A DNA stretch of 32,000 bases from an uncultured Candidatus Neoarthromitus sp. (lineage in GTDB: Bacteria; Bacillota; Clostridia; Clostridiales; Clostridiaceae), in assembly GCA_937890765.1 (NCBI GenBank), contig CALADQ010000009.1, forward strand, positions 15,339 to 47,338. Reading direction: 5' to 3'. Below are positions 1 to 9,909 of the stretch, piece after piece. A program made the position numbers and the translations under genes. The first letter of the stretch is position 1, and each line of letters opens with the position of its first letter. A model generated the notes under the pieces. The model was given only the letters and a program-made list of their open reading frames with translations, ran no database searches and was not told the origin of the DNA.

Positions 1-732
1 AAATTTATCTACAACGAGAAGTGCAACTATAAATGCAACCATAAATCCAACAATAAGTGCTATGGCATGATTAGATGTAAAGTTTATATAATCCATATCA
101 AAAAGTTCATAAACAGATGCTCCTAACATTGTTGGAATAGCTAAAAAAAATGAAAATTCTGCCGCAAGTTTAGTAGAACATCCGAAAATCCAGGCTCCTG
201 ATATAGTTGAAGAAGACCTACTCATTCCTGGCCAAAGAGATAAAACTTGAAAAAATCCTATTCCTATTGCTTGAGTCAAACTAACATCCTTAATATTATC
301 AGTTTTATGAGATATCCTTCCATTCGAAAAATATTTTTCGACAAACAAAAGTATTAATGCCCCCACAACTAATCCAATCGATACACTAAATGAATTAAAC
401 AATTTCGTTTTTATAAAATCATTTATAAGCACACCTATTATAGCTGAAGGTAAAAAGGCAATTAATATGTAAAACCACATTTTAAAACCATAATCTTTTA
501 AATTAATTATAGAATCTACAATTCTTTTTCTATACAAAATTACAATTGCAAGTATAGCACCTAGTTGTATGACAACTTCATACATATTTACAAAGCTTAC
601 ATTTGCTGTTTCTGAAAATCTTATTAAATCACTTACAATTATCATGTGTCCTGTTGATGAAACTGGTAAAAATTCTGTTATTCCCTCAATAATAGCAATA
701 ATTATCGATTTCAAAATTAGTAAAATTTCCAA
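1..732 (-). CDS. uppP: undecaprenyl-diphosphate phosphatase (BacA/UppP); C-terminus lies outside the window
   Basis: It is absent from the ORF track because its stop lies left of the window. Minus-strand translation from TTG at 732 (GGGGGA SD about 6 nt upstream) gives ...IIAIIEGITEFLPVSSTGHMIIV...EVVIQLGAILA...LWPGMSRSSSTISG...AAEFSFFLAIPTMLGA. These match the conserved blocks of E. coli UppP as I recall them. There are 244 in-frame codons to position 1. Confidence 0.92.
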   Translation of the reverse strand, partial: MEILLILKSIIIAIIEGITEFLPVSSTGHMIIVSDLIRFSETANVSFVNMYEVVIQLGAILAIVILYRKRIVDSIINLKDYGFKMWFYILIAFLPSAIIGVLINDFIKTKLFNSFSVSIGLVVGALILLFVEKYFSNGRISHKTDNIKDVSLTQAIGIGFFQVLSLWPGMSRSSSTISGAWIFGCSTKLAAEFSFFLAIPTMLGASVYELFDMDYINFTSNHAIALIVGFMVAFIVALLVVDKF

Positions 733-821
733 ACTTTTTCCCCCTAACAAAACTCATTAAATTATTTTATACACAGTTATTATATTATCATTTCATTAAT
801 CATAATATTGTTAAATTAAAA

Positions 822-851
822 AAAACTTTAAGTTTAAAAACTTAAAGTTTT
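822..851 (-). terminator. AT-rich hairpin just after the TPR gene stop
   Basis: A perfect 12-bp stem, aaaactttaagt (822-833) with acttaaagtttt (840-851), and a 6-nt loop. It lies 5 nt downstream of the stop at 857. The trailing U-run on the minus strand is short, so termination strength is uncertain. Confidence 0.45.
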
Positions 852-856
852 AAAAT

Positions 857-2731
857 TTAATATAAATAATCTATAAAAGGTATCTCATCACTCTTTACTT
901 TTCCTTCTCCTTCATCGTATATAGATTCAAGTTTAAAGTAATTTTCTCTTATTATCAAAGCTTCGTAATCACTATAACTATCATTTAAATTTTCATATGC
1001 AGCTTTCATATTAGAAAAAGCTCTGGACACATCTTTTTCTATATTTGCATAATACGCTGCTGCATTATTTAAATTTAAAATATCTTTTGAATCGAGGGAA
1101 TAAGCTTTTCTTATATTTTCTATTCCTTCTTCAGTTTCATCCATTCTTATTAGCAAAACTCCAAGAGCTCTATAATAAATAGATTTTTCATTTAATTTTA
1201 TCGCCGAATAAAATTCTTCTTTTGCATCATTATCTTTTCGCTGATCCACATAAATTTTACCCAGTTTATATCTTAAATCAGATTCATATATAGAAAGTTT
1301 ACTTGAAGATTCTAGTATGTCTATTGCTTTCTCAATATCATTGAAATTTTCAGTATATTTAGTAACAAAACGATTATCTATATTTGTATTTATTAAATCT
1401 AATAATTTCATTTTCAAATAAAAATAATTTATATTTATGGATTTATTTTGATCCAATAACATGTTTAACAATATATAATAATTTTCGCCAAAATCACTAT
1501 TTAAAGCTATGCTTTGCTTAACGTAATTCATAGCATCATTATAATTATTTATGTCTAAACTATATTTTGCCAAAGCATAGTAAACATCAAAATTTTTATT
1601 TTGCAAACCATTAAGCTCGTTTGCAATTCTATTTGCTTCATCAAATCTCGAAGCTATTGTTAATATGTTTAGTTTAACTATCTTTGGTAATGTTTCGTTA
1701 GGATATTTTTTCATAACGTCAAAAATATCTTCAACATTTTCTTTTGTTCTCGATAAATCATTTTGATTTGCTCGAGCTCTTATTAGTTTTAAAATTTCAT
1801 TATTTGTCTTTTCTTCAATAAATTTGTTTAATATTTTATTGAACTCATTTATGTCATAAGCACTTAGCATATCTATAACGCCCAATGTGTAAATGTTGTT
1901 CACATCTTTCTCTAAAGCTTTTTCCAAAGCAATAACTGCATTGTCTAATCTTTTAAACAAAATGCTCAGTCTTGCGTAAGACAATATAGCTTCAACATTT
2001 TCCATCGATGACAAATCCATTAAAGAATAAACGTGACTTGCGTCATCATTTTTTCCAGACAATAACAAGTATTCTATATTTCTTTGAATAAATAACTCTT
2101 CCGTATTGTGAGAACTCATGTAATGATCTATTACTCTTTTCGCATCGTCCAAACTATTTATTAAAATAAAGCTATCAATCAATTTGTAAATATTTTTATT
2201 GTGTTCTTCGGTATTTTTAACGAGCGTAACTTGATCAAGTTTATTTTTTATTTTATTAAGCTCCTCTTTAGCTTGGTCAATGTTGTTTATGCTACTCAAC
2301 AATGTTACTAATTCAAAATGATTATCAAAAGAACTATTTAAACTAGATCTGTATCCTTCGATTAAAGTTTTAAAATCTCCTTGAACAATATAATCAATAG
2401 GATTATTAATAGAATTTATTAATTCTTTTTTATCATCTATCTTGTTGACGAACACATCTATATTTTTTTGTATTATTTCACTACCACCAACAGAATTGAA
2501 AGATAAAATAACCGCAACAAAAACTATAACGAAAGCAGAAAACTTTTTGTAAAAATCATTCGACCTAAACGCTTTAAAATTTTTTCTAATCTTCCTCTCC
2601 CTCAAATGATTTATTATTTCATAAGGGGACATGTTTTCAAAATTAAATGAATTTTTCTTCCTATGTACAATTTTATTTAATCTATTAAAGTGGACCTCTA
2701 TGTTGTCCTCATCATGTTCAAATTTTTTCAT
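857..2731 (-). CDS. membrane-anchored TPR-repeat protein, function unknown
   Basis: The track ORF is 857..2749. I prefer ATG 2731, which has GAGTGGGG 8 nt upstream and gives MKKFEHDED. There is one TM segment (FSAFVIVFVAVILSF) about 70 aa in. It is followed by about 540 aa of 34-aa-type helical repeats, for example YYALAKYSLDINNYNDAMNYVKQSIALNSDF and YYRALGVLLIRMDETEEGIENIRKAYSLD. Confidence 0.75.
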   Translation of the reverse strand: MKKFEHDEDNIEVHFNRLNKIVHRKKNSFNFENMSPYEIINHLRERKIRKNFKAFRSNDFYKKFSAFVIVFVAVILSFNSVGGSEIIQKNIDVFVNKIDDKKELINSINNPIDYIVQGDFKTLIEGYRSSLNSSFDNHFELVTLLSSINNIDQAKEELNKIKNKLDQVTLVKNTEEHNKNIYKLIDSFILINSLDDAKRVIDHYMSSHNTEELFIQRNIEYLLLSGKNDDASHVYSLMDLSSMENVEAILSYARLSILFKRLDNAVIALEKALEKDVNNIYTLGVIDMLSAYDINEFNKILNKFIEEKTNNEILKLIRARANQNDLSRTKENVEDIFDVMKKYPNETLPKIVKLNILTIASRFDEANRIANELNGLQNKNFDVYYALAKYSLDINNYNDAMNYVKQSIALNSDFGENYYILLNMLLDQNKSININYFYLKMKLLDLINTNIDNRFVTKYTENFNDIEKAIDILESSSKLSIYESDLRYKLGKIYVDQRKDNDAKEEFYSAIKLNEKSIYYRALGVLLIRMDETEEGIENIRKAYSLDSKDILNLNNAAAYYANIEKDVSRAFSNMKAAYENLNDSYSDYEALIIRENYFKLESIYDEGEGKVKSDEIPFIDYLY

Positions 2732-2813
2732 TATAAAAACCCCACTCAACTACATTTTTAATATTTAGTTTGAGAATACTACAAACAAATTATTTTCTAA
2801 GGTGGATATGTTT

Positions 2814-3719
2814 ATGAAATTTCTGATTAAATTATCAATAATATTTTTTGTTTTTACGGGTTACCATTTCACTAGTTATGATAACTATTTTTCAAAAATT
2901 ATATACAAGACCGCCTTTTCGCTACAAAAAACAAAAAACTATATCAGTTCTATTCTACTACAAAAAAATAATATTAACAACTCATCTTCCAAAAACGAAA
3001 TGTCCGAACTTATGAACGAATACTTTTTGACAATTTTTAATGCTGACTCAATTAATGAAAATTTTAAAAAAATTTTGGAGGCCTCAAACTTTTCAATTTT
3101 GGATTTGAAAAACTCAGAAATAAATTTTGATTTAAATCAAGAATTTAATTTTTTGAATGACAAAAATTTTCTCGTGGTAAATTCCAAAAACGAAAATTCA
3201 ATTTCTGAAATTAACGAAGAAGTTTATAGATTTTATCGATATAAAAATTTTTCAATCGCCTACTTAAAACCAATTTTAAAAAACGAAAAAGATTTACTAA
3301 AACTTTATACTTCAATTAAAGTTATTCAAAATAGTTCTTACATTCCAATTGTGATTATCGATAAAAATAATTTAAATGAAAATTTGCTCCCAAAAATCTC
3401 ACAAACAAATTGCGTTTTTATAATTTTAAACGATGAATTTTCGATTTCTAATTTCAAAAATATTCCCATAATCAATCTCGGAAATTTAAATGATTTTAAC
3501 ATTTCAATTCAAATCAATTTGTTTATCTCAAAAAATAATTTAAACAAATTAAGATTAAAAGTTTTCCCAACAAATAAATTCAACAAATCAATTCCTTCAA
3601 AAGATGAGTTAGAAAATATTTTAAAATCAATGAATAATAATTCTAAATTTAAACCACAATTTAGTGAAAATATTGATTATATTTATTTTGATTGTGATAT
3701 ACTCAAAAATAGTTATTAA
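2814..3719 (+). CDS. hypothetical protein with N-terminal membrane anchor or signal
   Basis: The track ORF is 2802..3719. AAGGTGG at 2799-2805 makes ATG 2814 (8-nt spacing) the likely start. The N-terminus is hydrophobic (KFLIKLSIIFFVFTGY). The protein is Asn/Lys-rich and I recognise no family. Confidence 0.6.
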   Translation: MKFLIKLSIIFFVFTGYHFTSYDNYFSKIIYKTAFSLQKTKNYISSILLQKNNINNSSSKNEMSELMNEYFLTIFNADSINENFKKILEASNFSILDLKNSEINFDLNQEFNFLNDKNFLVVNSKNENSISEINEEVYRFYRYKNFSIAYLKPILKNEKDLLKLYTSIKVIQNSSYIPIVIIDKNNLNENLLPKISQTNCVFIILNDEFSISNFKNIPIINLGNLNDFNISIQINLFISKNNLNKLRLKVFPTNKFNKSIPSKDELENILKSMNNNSKFKPQFSENIDYIYFDCDILKNSY

Positions 3720-3739
3720 ATTTTTGAGGTTATAATAAT

Positions 3740-5077
3740 ATGAAAAAATTATTGTCGATTATCATAACAAAGTTTATTATTTTTGTTTTAAACATTCGAA
3801 AAAAAGGAAGCTCTTTCCCTGGAAAGATTGCGTTAAAAATATATCCTGAAATCTTAAAAATTGTTTCTAAAGATGTGGAAACAATTTTTATAACAGGAAC
3901 AAATGGAAAAACAACAACAACCTCTCTCACAAATCACATATTTAAAAATGCTTTCATTGATTGTTTCACAAATTCCACTGGTGCAAACATGCTAAATGGA
4001 ATAGTTACAACGTACATAAAAAACTATAATTTGTTCAACAGAAAAATTAAAAAGACCGCAATCATAGAAGTTGATGAAGCCAGTCTCAAACACGTTTGTA
4101 AATATGTACAACCTAAAATAATCGCTGTAACAAATATTTTTAGAGACCAGCTCGACAGATATGGCGAAGTTTATACAACTCTTGAGCATATTAAAGACGG
4201 AATAAAATTATGTAGTAATGCGAAGCTCATTTTAAATGGAGATGAGCCTCTTCTTTGCTCGCTTGAAAAAATTTATAACAACAAATTTTATTTTGGATTT
4301 GACAATTTTGAGAACAACAACAAAAAAAGTTTAAATGTTGAGGCCACAAATTGTAAATTTTGCGGTGAACCATATGAATATAATTTTGTAACTTACAATC
4401 ATCTTGGAGATTTCAAATGTTCAAAATGTAATTTTAAAAGAGAAGATTTATATTTTTCAGTTTCTTCAATTCTAGAAAACAAATTAAACAAAAGCACTGT
4501 TAAAATTAAAAATAATATTGTAACTTTCAATTTAGGTGGAGTGTACAACATATACAATGTTCTTTGTGCTTACTCAATAAGTTTTATAAGCAATATTCCT
4601 GACTACATAATAAGCGATTCTATAAAATCATTTTCGAAAGTTTTTGGAAGGCAAGAAAATTTTAAAATAAAATCAAACTCCATAACTTTATTTTTAGTTA
4701 AAAATCCTGCTGGATTCAATGAAACTCTAAACACAATAAGTTTAAATAAAGATGAAGAAATTTCTTTGGGATTTTTGCTAAATGACAACTATGCCGATGG
4801 GCAAGATGTTTCATGGATATACGATGTTGATATCGAAATGATTAAAAATTTTAATACATCTTCTTTATTCACTGGAGGAATTAGAACTTACGATATGGCT
4901 TTAAGACTTTCTCTAGCTGAGCTCGAAAACATAAATGTATTTAAAAAATACGAAGAAATTTTAAGCTATTTGGAAAATCAAGAAAACAAAAATATTTATA
5001 TTTTATGTAGCTACACTTGTATGCTTGAGTTTAGAAAATTTCTTCACAGCAAAAATTATATAAACGTTATTTGGTAA
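3740..5077 (+). CDS. murT: lipid II isoglutaminyl synthase, Mur-ligase-like subunit MurT
   Basis: It has the Mur-ligase P-loop ITGTNGKTTTTSL and a Cys4 ribbon (NCKFCGEP...FKCSKCNF). The C-terminal region is of the DUF1727 type. It is followed directly by gatD, as in the known murT-gatD operon. GAGGT SD lies 9 nt before the ATG. Confidence 0.9.
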   Translation: MKKLLSIIITKFIIFVLNIRKKGSSFPGKIALKIYPEILKIVSKDVETIFITGTNGKTTTTSLTNHIFKNAFIDCFTNSTGANMLNGIVTTYIKNYNLFNRKIKKTAIIEVDEASLKHVCKYVQPKIIAVTNIFRDQLDRYGEVYTTLEHIKDGIKLCSNAKLILNGDEPLLCSLEKIYNNKFYFGFDNFENNNKKSLNVEATNCKFCGEPYEYNFVTYNHLGDFKCSKCNFKREDLYFSVSSILENKLNKSTVKIKNNIVTFNLGGVYNIYNVLCAYSISFISNIPDYIISDSIKSFSKVFGRQENFKIKSNSITLFLVKNPAGFNETLNTISLNKDEEISLGFLLNDNYADGQDVSWIYDVDIEMIKNFNTSSLFTGGIRTYDMALRLSLAELENINVFKKYEEILSYLENQENKNIYILCSYTCMLEFRKFLHSKNYINVIW

Positions 5078-5091
5078 AGGAGGAATTTTTT

Positions 5092-5814
5092 TTGGAACTT
5101 ACGATTCACCATTTTTATCCTGATATGTTAAACACTTATGGAGATGTTGGAAACATTTTATCGTTGAAATCTCGCGGAAAAAAACGTGGAATATCAATTA
5201 ATGTAAACAATGTTAAAATTAATGATTCCATTAAACTAAAGACTGGTGATATAATTTTCATTGGTGGGGGACAAGATTTTGAACAATCTTTAATTGCAAA
5301 AGATCTCTTAAATAGGAAAAATATTTTGCTAGAATTCATTGAAAATGATGGAGTAGCTCTCTGCATTTGTGGAGGATATCAGCTTATGGGAAAAAGTTAT
5401 ACAACAGTAAGCGGTGAAATTTTAGAAGGCTTGAACATATTAGATATTTACACAGAATCAAGTGAAATTAGAAAAATTGGAAATATCGTTGTAAAAAATC
5501 ATGAACTTAATGAAGTTTACGTTGGTTTTGAAAATCACTCAGGAAAAACTTACATAAACAACCACACTCCTTTAGGAACGTGCATAATTGGAAATGGAAA
5601 TAACGGCGAAGACAAAACGGAAGGAGTTATTTATAAAAATTTAATTGGTACGTACATACATGGCCCACTTTTACCTAAAAATCCTGAAATAACAGATAGA
5701 CTTTTGTTAAATTCATTAAAGCAAAAACACAATGAACTTAATTCTTTAGACGAAATAAATTCTGAGCTTGAATTGAATTGCAAAAATGAAATTATAAAAC
5801 GACTCATTAATTAA
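5092..5814 (+). CDS. gatD: lipid II isoglutaminyl synthase, glutaminase subunit GatD (CobQ-type amidotransferase)
   Basis: It has the nucleophile motif LCICGGYQLMG and the His motif YIHGPLLPKNP. The track start, TTG 5071, lies upstream of the SD. AAGGAGG at 5077-5083 with 8-nt spacing favours TTG 5092, giving (M)ELTIHHFYPDMLNTYGD. Confidence 0.88.
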   Translation: MELTIHHFYPDMLNTYGDVGNILSLKSRGKKRGISINVNNVKINDSIKLKTGDIIFIGGGQDFEQSLIAKDLLNRKNILLEFIENDGVALCICGGYQLMGKSYTTVSGEILEGLNILDIYTESSEIRKIGNIVVKNHELNEVYVGFENHSGKTYINNHTPLGTCIIGNGNNGEDKTEGVIYKNLIGTYIHGPLLPKNPEITDRLLLNSLKQKHNELNSLDEINSELELNCKNEIIKRLIN

Positions 5815-5858
5815 TATAACAATAAAGGACTATTTTAAATTAACTTGGAGTAATTTTT

Positions 5859-7115
5859 ATGATTATAATTAAAAAGAATATTAACTTATTTATAGTAACT
5901 ATTTTTATATTTACGTTTCTAATTTATAGCGTAGCATTTTCATATACGCCGTACAACTATTCAATAACTTTAGAAGAAGGAATAAAATTTGTTCATAAAA
6001 CTTTAGTCAACTATGATTCAAACGGTGGAAATCAAGAAATAAATTATATTGAAGCTGATTTAACAAATCCAAATATATATGTTTCATTGTCCAAAGCAAA
6101 TAATATTTCATCTTCTAAAGAAAACTTATTAAACCAACTTAATCAACAAAAGTACAACAAAAACAAAAATGTTTTAGGTGGAGTAAATGGGGAATTTTTT
6201 AATGTGTCAAATGGACAACCTCTGTTCACTACAATTTCTGATGGTGAAATTTTTTCTATAATGGATAATGAATTTGATTCATCAAATAGACCAATTTTTT
6301 ATATGGACAAGCACAGAAATTATTCATTTGATTTTTTTAACGTTGTTGGCAACTTAAGATTTACAAATAATAAATTTAAAGATTTGAAAATAAATTCTTT
6401 GAACAGATTAAATTCACACGATGACGTTAATGTTTCAACTTATAAAATTAATGATGAATCAACTTACTACCCTCATGAAGGTTTACCTTCAAGATATATG
6501 CTTATACAACTCATGAACAGCGATGGGTCAATTTATCCTGGTGTCGAAATTTATGGTGAAGTAATTGATGTTGGTGAAATGACTTCTCCAAAAAAAATAG
6601 AGAAAAATCAAATTTTAGTTACATCATATGGAGATGAAAATTATTACAATATCAGTTATGATTCATTTAAATCTGTCGTTTCCATAAAATTTGATATATA
6701 TTCATCAAACGATGGACGAATAAGAAATGATATTAAAGATGCCTTCACTGGATATGAATATTTAATAAAAAATGGTGAAGAGATGGATTACGATTACTAT
6801 AAAAATTTATCTGAACCATCTTTAATCAATACACGAAATGCTCGAACAGCATTAGGCCTTACACCTGAAAACAAATTAATTTTGTTTACTGTTGACAAAT
6901 CAAAAAACAGTTTGGGAATGAGCTTAAAAGAACTTTCCAACTACCTAAAATCAATGGGGATTTCTAATGCCATAAATTTAGATGGAGGAGGTTCAACTTC
7001 AATTTCATTTGAAAATAATGAAGGCAAACTTTTCCTAATGAACGACCCTGAAAAATATCAACGCAAAATCACAAACGCAATTAGCATAATACACAATTCA
7101 AAAAACAAGGCATAG
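5859..7115 (+). CDS. phosphodiester glycosidase family protein (DUF2233/NAGPA-like), secreted or anchored
   Basis: The N-terminus has a TM or signal segment (LFIVTIFIFTFLIYSVAF). The C-terminal block ARTALGLTPENKLILFTVDKSKNSLGMSLKELSNYLKSMGISNAINLDGGGSTS is typical of the phosphodiester glycosidase domain. Confidence 0.78.
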   Translation: MIIIKKNINLFIVTIFIFTFLIYSVAFSYTPYNYSITLEEGIKFVHKTLVNYDSNGGNQEINYIEADLTNPNIYVSLSKANNISSSKENLLNQLNQQKYNKNKNVLGGVNGEFFNVSNGQPLFTTISDGEIFSIMDNEFDSSNRPIFYMDKHRNYSFDFFNVVGNLRFTNNKFKDLKINSLNRLNSHDDVNVSTYKINDESTYYPHEGLPSRYMLIQLMNSDGSIYPGVEIYGEVIDVGEMTSPKKIEKNQILVTSYGDENYYNISYDSFKSVVSIKFDIYSSNDGRIRNDIKDAFTGYEYLIKNGEEMDYDYYKNLSEPSLINTRNARTALGLTPENKLILFTVDKSKNSLGMSLKELSNYLKSMGISNAINLDGGGSTSISFENNEGKLFLMNDPEKYQRKITNAISIIHNSKNKA

Positions 7116-7140
7116 AAATTTTTATCTATGCCCTTTTATC
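7109..7140 (+). terminator. intrinsic terminator after the glycosidase gene
   Basis: The stem is ggcatag (7109-7115, including the stop codon) with ctatgcc (7126-7132). It is followed by cttttatc. Confidence 0.55.
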
Positions 7141-7157
7141 AATATAAATTTTTTATT

Positions 7158-7754
7158 TTACAAACTTTCCACAGCATGTCTAGCTTCACTTTCTGTGAAC
7201 TTTTCATCATAAACTAATTTGTCATAAACATGATTTTTCGATACACCCAAAACATCAACATATCTTTTTGCAGCTTTTACAGCACTTTCTTTCCAATCAA
7301 AATCTAAATTTTCAATTGCATATTGAGCTTCCTCATCAGTAAAACCATCAAATTCAGAAGTCAATTGATCATAAATACTTTTCTTGGATATGCCTGAATC
7401 ACCCATACTTTTAACATATCTTCTAGCTGTATCCAAAGCAAATGATTTCCAATCAGCCTCTAAACTTTCAAATGCTTTTCTTGCTTCTTCTTCTGAAAAT
7501 TTATTAACACTAGAAACTAATTGATTATATATTGAAGCTTTTGATATTGCCATGGTATCTGCATACATTTTTGCAACTTTGAAAACGTCAGTTTCTCTAA
7601 CTATAGTATCAACTGATTGAGATAATTCAGTCGCCTCTTGAGATGCTGCATTTGCACTTTTACCTGTCATACTACAACCATAAAAGCTTAAAGGAATCAT
7701 AGCCAATGAAACAACAAACAATAATTTTTTATAAAATTTAATTTTTGTTAACAT
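7158..7754 (-). CDS. Ltp-family (host cell surface-exposed lipoprotein) repeat lipoprotein
   Basis: The track ORF is 7158..7769. GGAGG lies 8 nt before ATG 7754, which gives MLTKIKFYKKLLFVVSLAMIPLSFYGCS, a signal peptide with a Cys lipobox-like site. It has three Ltp-type repeats: S..SIYNQL....FSEEEA..A.ESL..DW, then ...SIYDQLTSEFDGFTDEEAQYAIENLDFDW, then ...HVYDKLVYDEKFTESEARHAVESL. Confidence 0.8.
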   Translation of the reverse strand: MLTKIKFYKKLLFVVSLAMIPLSFYGCSMTGKSANAASQEATELSQSVDTIVRETDVFKVAKMYADTMAISKASIYNQLVSSVNKFSEEEARKAFESLEADWKSFALDTARRYVKSMGDSGISKKSIYDQLTSEFDGFTDEEAQYAIENLDFDWKESAVKAAKRYVDVLGVSKNHVYDKLVYDEKFTESEARHAVESL

Positions 7755-7844
7755 CTTCACAACCTCCATATAATTATTAATTTCTTTAGTAGTGATATTC
7801 TATCTATTATTGAATATAAAATCAACCGTTTTATTAATAAATTG

Positions 7845-7889
7845 CAAAAAAACAAAAAGCTACTTAAGAGGATTGTCCCCCTCAAGTAA
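7845..7889 (-). terminator. intrinsic terminator closing the GT2 triplet
   Basis: On the minus strand an imperfect GC-containing hairpin (7860-7889) follows the stop at 7890 directly. It is then followed by CUUUUUGUUUUUUUG (the complement of 7845-7859). Confidence 0.65.
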
Positions 7890-8864
7890 CTACACTATCC
7901 AAAATAAATTTTTAAGATGATGATATCCAAAATTTTTAAGAAACTCTCTCGCACTCTCAAAAAATACTGTCCCAATGAAAAAAGTAGTTTCTTCAGAATC
8001 AAAATTATAAATTTCTCGAATCATAAATTCTTCAATCATATTTTCATCTACATAAATTATATTTTCATGTTCGTTCAAAATATTTTTTACCAATTCAATT
8101 TTATCACTAGATTGTATTACAATTACATGTTTACTTTTTTCAATATACGTTTTAAACAAATATTTAAATAACAATTCAAGATGAAGAAATGCTATTTTTA
8201 TTCCCGTTCCATCGACAATTGAAGAATTGTTTCCATGAACTCTATAATAATAAAGTTCCTCTTCAATAACTCCTATTCTATGTCCCTTTGTATGAAATTC
8301 TAAAAATATAAGCCTATCTTCAACGCATCCATACCTATGTTGAAATGGATTTATTGTTTTGAATAAATAACTTTTTCCAAAAATCGCACCACCATTTGGA
8401 TATCTACCAAAATAAGCTCTATTAAATTGGTCCATATAATTTTTAATTGGTATGTTTAATGTTTCCATGAGTTTCATATATTCTCTATCACCATCGCCAA
8501 AACCTTTTAAATAACAACCAATTAAATCATAATTATTATTTTTAAGATACTCAAGTTGCTTTTCGTATCTGTCCAAACGATTTATATCATCTCCGTCATG
8601 CCTCGCAATATATTTCCCATTTGCAACAGCAACACCTAATCTCATGGCCATACATATTCCACCATTTTTTCTCGTGAGAACTTTAACTCTCTTGTCCATT
8701 TTTTCGTATTGCTTAAGTATGGACAAACTTCTATCAGTTGAACCATCATCAACTAATATAATTTCTAAATTTTCATATGTTTGATTAATAACGCTGTCCA
8801 AACTATCTACTAAATATTTTTCTACATTGTAAACAGGTACAATGACGCTTATTAAATCTTCCAT
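7890..8864 (-). CDS. family 2 glycosyltransferase (copy A), soluble type with a roughly 100-aa C-terminal extension
   Basis: GT-A signature: ISVIVPVYNVEKYL...NQTYENLEIILVDDGSTDRS...ARHDGDDI. The track start is GTG 8876. AGGTGG lies 8 nt before ATG 8864, which gives MEDLISVIV. I see no TM segment. Confidence 0.85.
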   Translation of the reverse strand: MEDLISVIVPVYNVEKYLVDSLDSVINQTYENLEIILVDDGSTDRSLSILKQYEKMDKRVKVLTRKNGGICMAMRLGVAVANGKYIARHDGDDINRLDRYEKQLEYLKNNNYDLIGCYLKGFGDGDREYMKLMETLNIPIKNYMDQFNRAYFGRYPNGGAIFGKSYLFKTINPFQHRYGCVEDRLIFLEFHTKGHRIGVIEEELYYYRVHGNNSSIVDGTGIKIAFLHLELLFKYLFKTYIEKSKHVIVIQSSDKIELVKNILNEHENIIYVDENMIEEFMIREIYNFDSEETTFFIGTVFFESAREFLKNFGYHHLKNLFWIV

Positions 8865-8889
8865 AGAATTCACCACCTAAAATTTTTAT

Positions 8890-9909
8890 TTACCAATTAC
8901 AATCGACTAGACTAAACAAATTTTTAAAAACCACAAAATCCCTTTCAAAAAGATATTTAACTAAACTATCACAAAATGAAGCTCCAACAAGAAAAAGCGT
9001 ATTATTACAATTAAAATCATAATTGAAAATTTCGTTAAAATTATTTTCATCAAAATAAAATACATTTTTAAGCTCTTTGTAAAATTTTGAAAAACAATTT
9101 TTTATAAATCCAATCTCTCTAAAATTTTTCACAATCACAACATTTTCATATTTCAAAATTTTATCTCTAAACAAAAATCTAAACATAACTTCCACATATT
9201 TTTCAACAACAACTTTTCTATTTTTATCTAATGAAGTATTATCATTGTGAACTCTGTAATAATAGAGTTTTTCTTCAAGAATTCCAATTTTACAACCATT
9301 TTGATGAAGCAAAATATATAGATAAACATCTTCAACTAATCCATAATCTTTATGAAATGGCGAAAATTTTTTAAGAACATCACTTTTCCCGAAAAAATAT
9401 CCACCTCCAATATTACTACCTTGATAGATTCGCCTATTTTGATCATCAAAATTTTTTATAGGCCTATTAACAAATTTCTCCATGCCTCTTTTTGATATCT
9501 CACTTCCATTACCAAAACTTTTCAAATAACACCCAACAACATCATAATCATTTTCAATAAGAAATCTTAATTGTTTCTCGCATCTATCAAGCGAATTAAT
9601 ATCATCTGAATCAACTCTAAATATATATTTTCCATTTGATATACTCAAAGCATTTTTAACAGCCAACGAAATTCCCAAATTATTTTGAGTCATTACGATT
9701 ATCCGCTTGTCCAATCTTTCATAATGCTTCAAAATTGAAAGAGAATTATCTGTTGAACCATCATCGATAAAAATTATTTCTAAATTTTTATAAGTCTGAT
9801 TAATAATACTATCAATACATTCATGCAAATATTTTTCCCTATTATAAACAGGGACAATAGCACTTACTAAATCTTCTATAATCATCACCACCCCAAATTT
9901 TTTCACCAA
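8890..9909 (-). CDS. family 2 glycosyltransferase (copy B)
   Basis: It has the same GT-A motifs (VPVYNREKYL, IDDGSTDNS, RVDSDDI). The start is ambiguous. TTG 9909 or GTG 9906 overlaps the TGA stop of copy C (a GTGA overlap). ATG 9885 directly follows GGGGTGGTG. The position that is ATG in copy A reads ATA here. Confidence 0.82.
   Translation of the reverse strand: MVKKFGVVMIIEDLVSAIVPVYNREKYLHECIDSIINQTYKNLEIIFIDDGSTDNSLSILKHYERLDKRIIVMTQNNLGISLAVKNALSISNGKYIFRVDSDDINSLDRCEKQLRFLIENDYDVVGCYLKSFGNGSEISKRGMEKFVNRPIKNFDDQNRRIYQGSNIGGGYFFGKSDVLKKFSPFHKDYGLVEDVYLYILLHQNGCKIGILEEKLYYYRVHNDNTSLDKNRKVVVEKYVEVMFRFLFRDKILKYENVVIVKNFREIGFIKNCFSKFYKELKNVFYFDENNFNEIFNYDFNCNNTLFLVGASFCDSLVKYLFERDFVVFKNLFSLVDCNW

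Noticed and set aside
569-760. 63-aa plus-strand ORF from the track
   Set aside because: It lies antisense to the well-supported uppP coding sequence. It has no SD and a low-complexity AT-driven composition.
5086-5093. T8 homopolymer between the gatD SD and its start, and a G5 run at the methyltransferase start (about 12881-12885), considered as phase-variation tracts
   Set aside because: The tracts are short for slipped-strand switching. T8 runs are common in this AT-rich DNA, and the T8 lies in the SD-start spacer of an essential-type operon.
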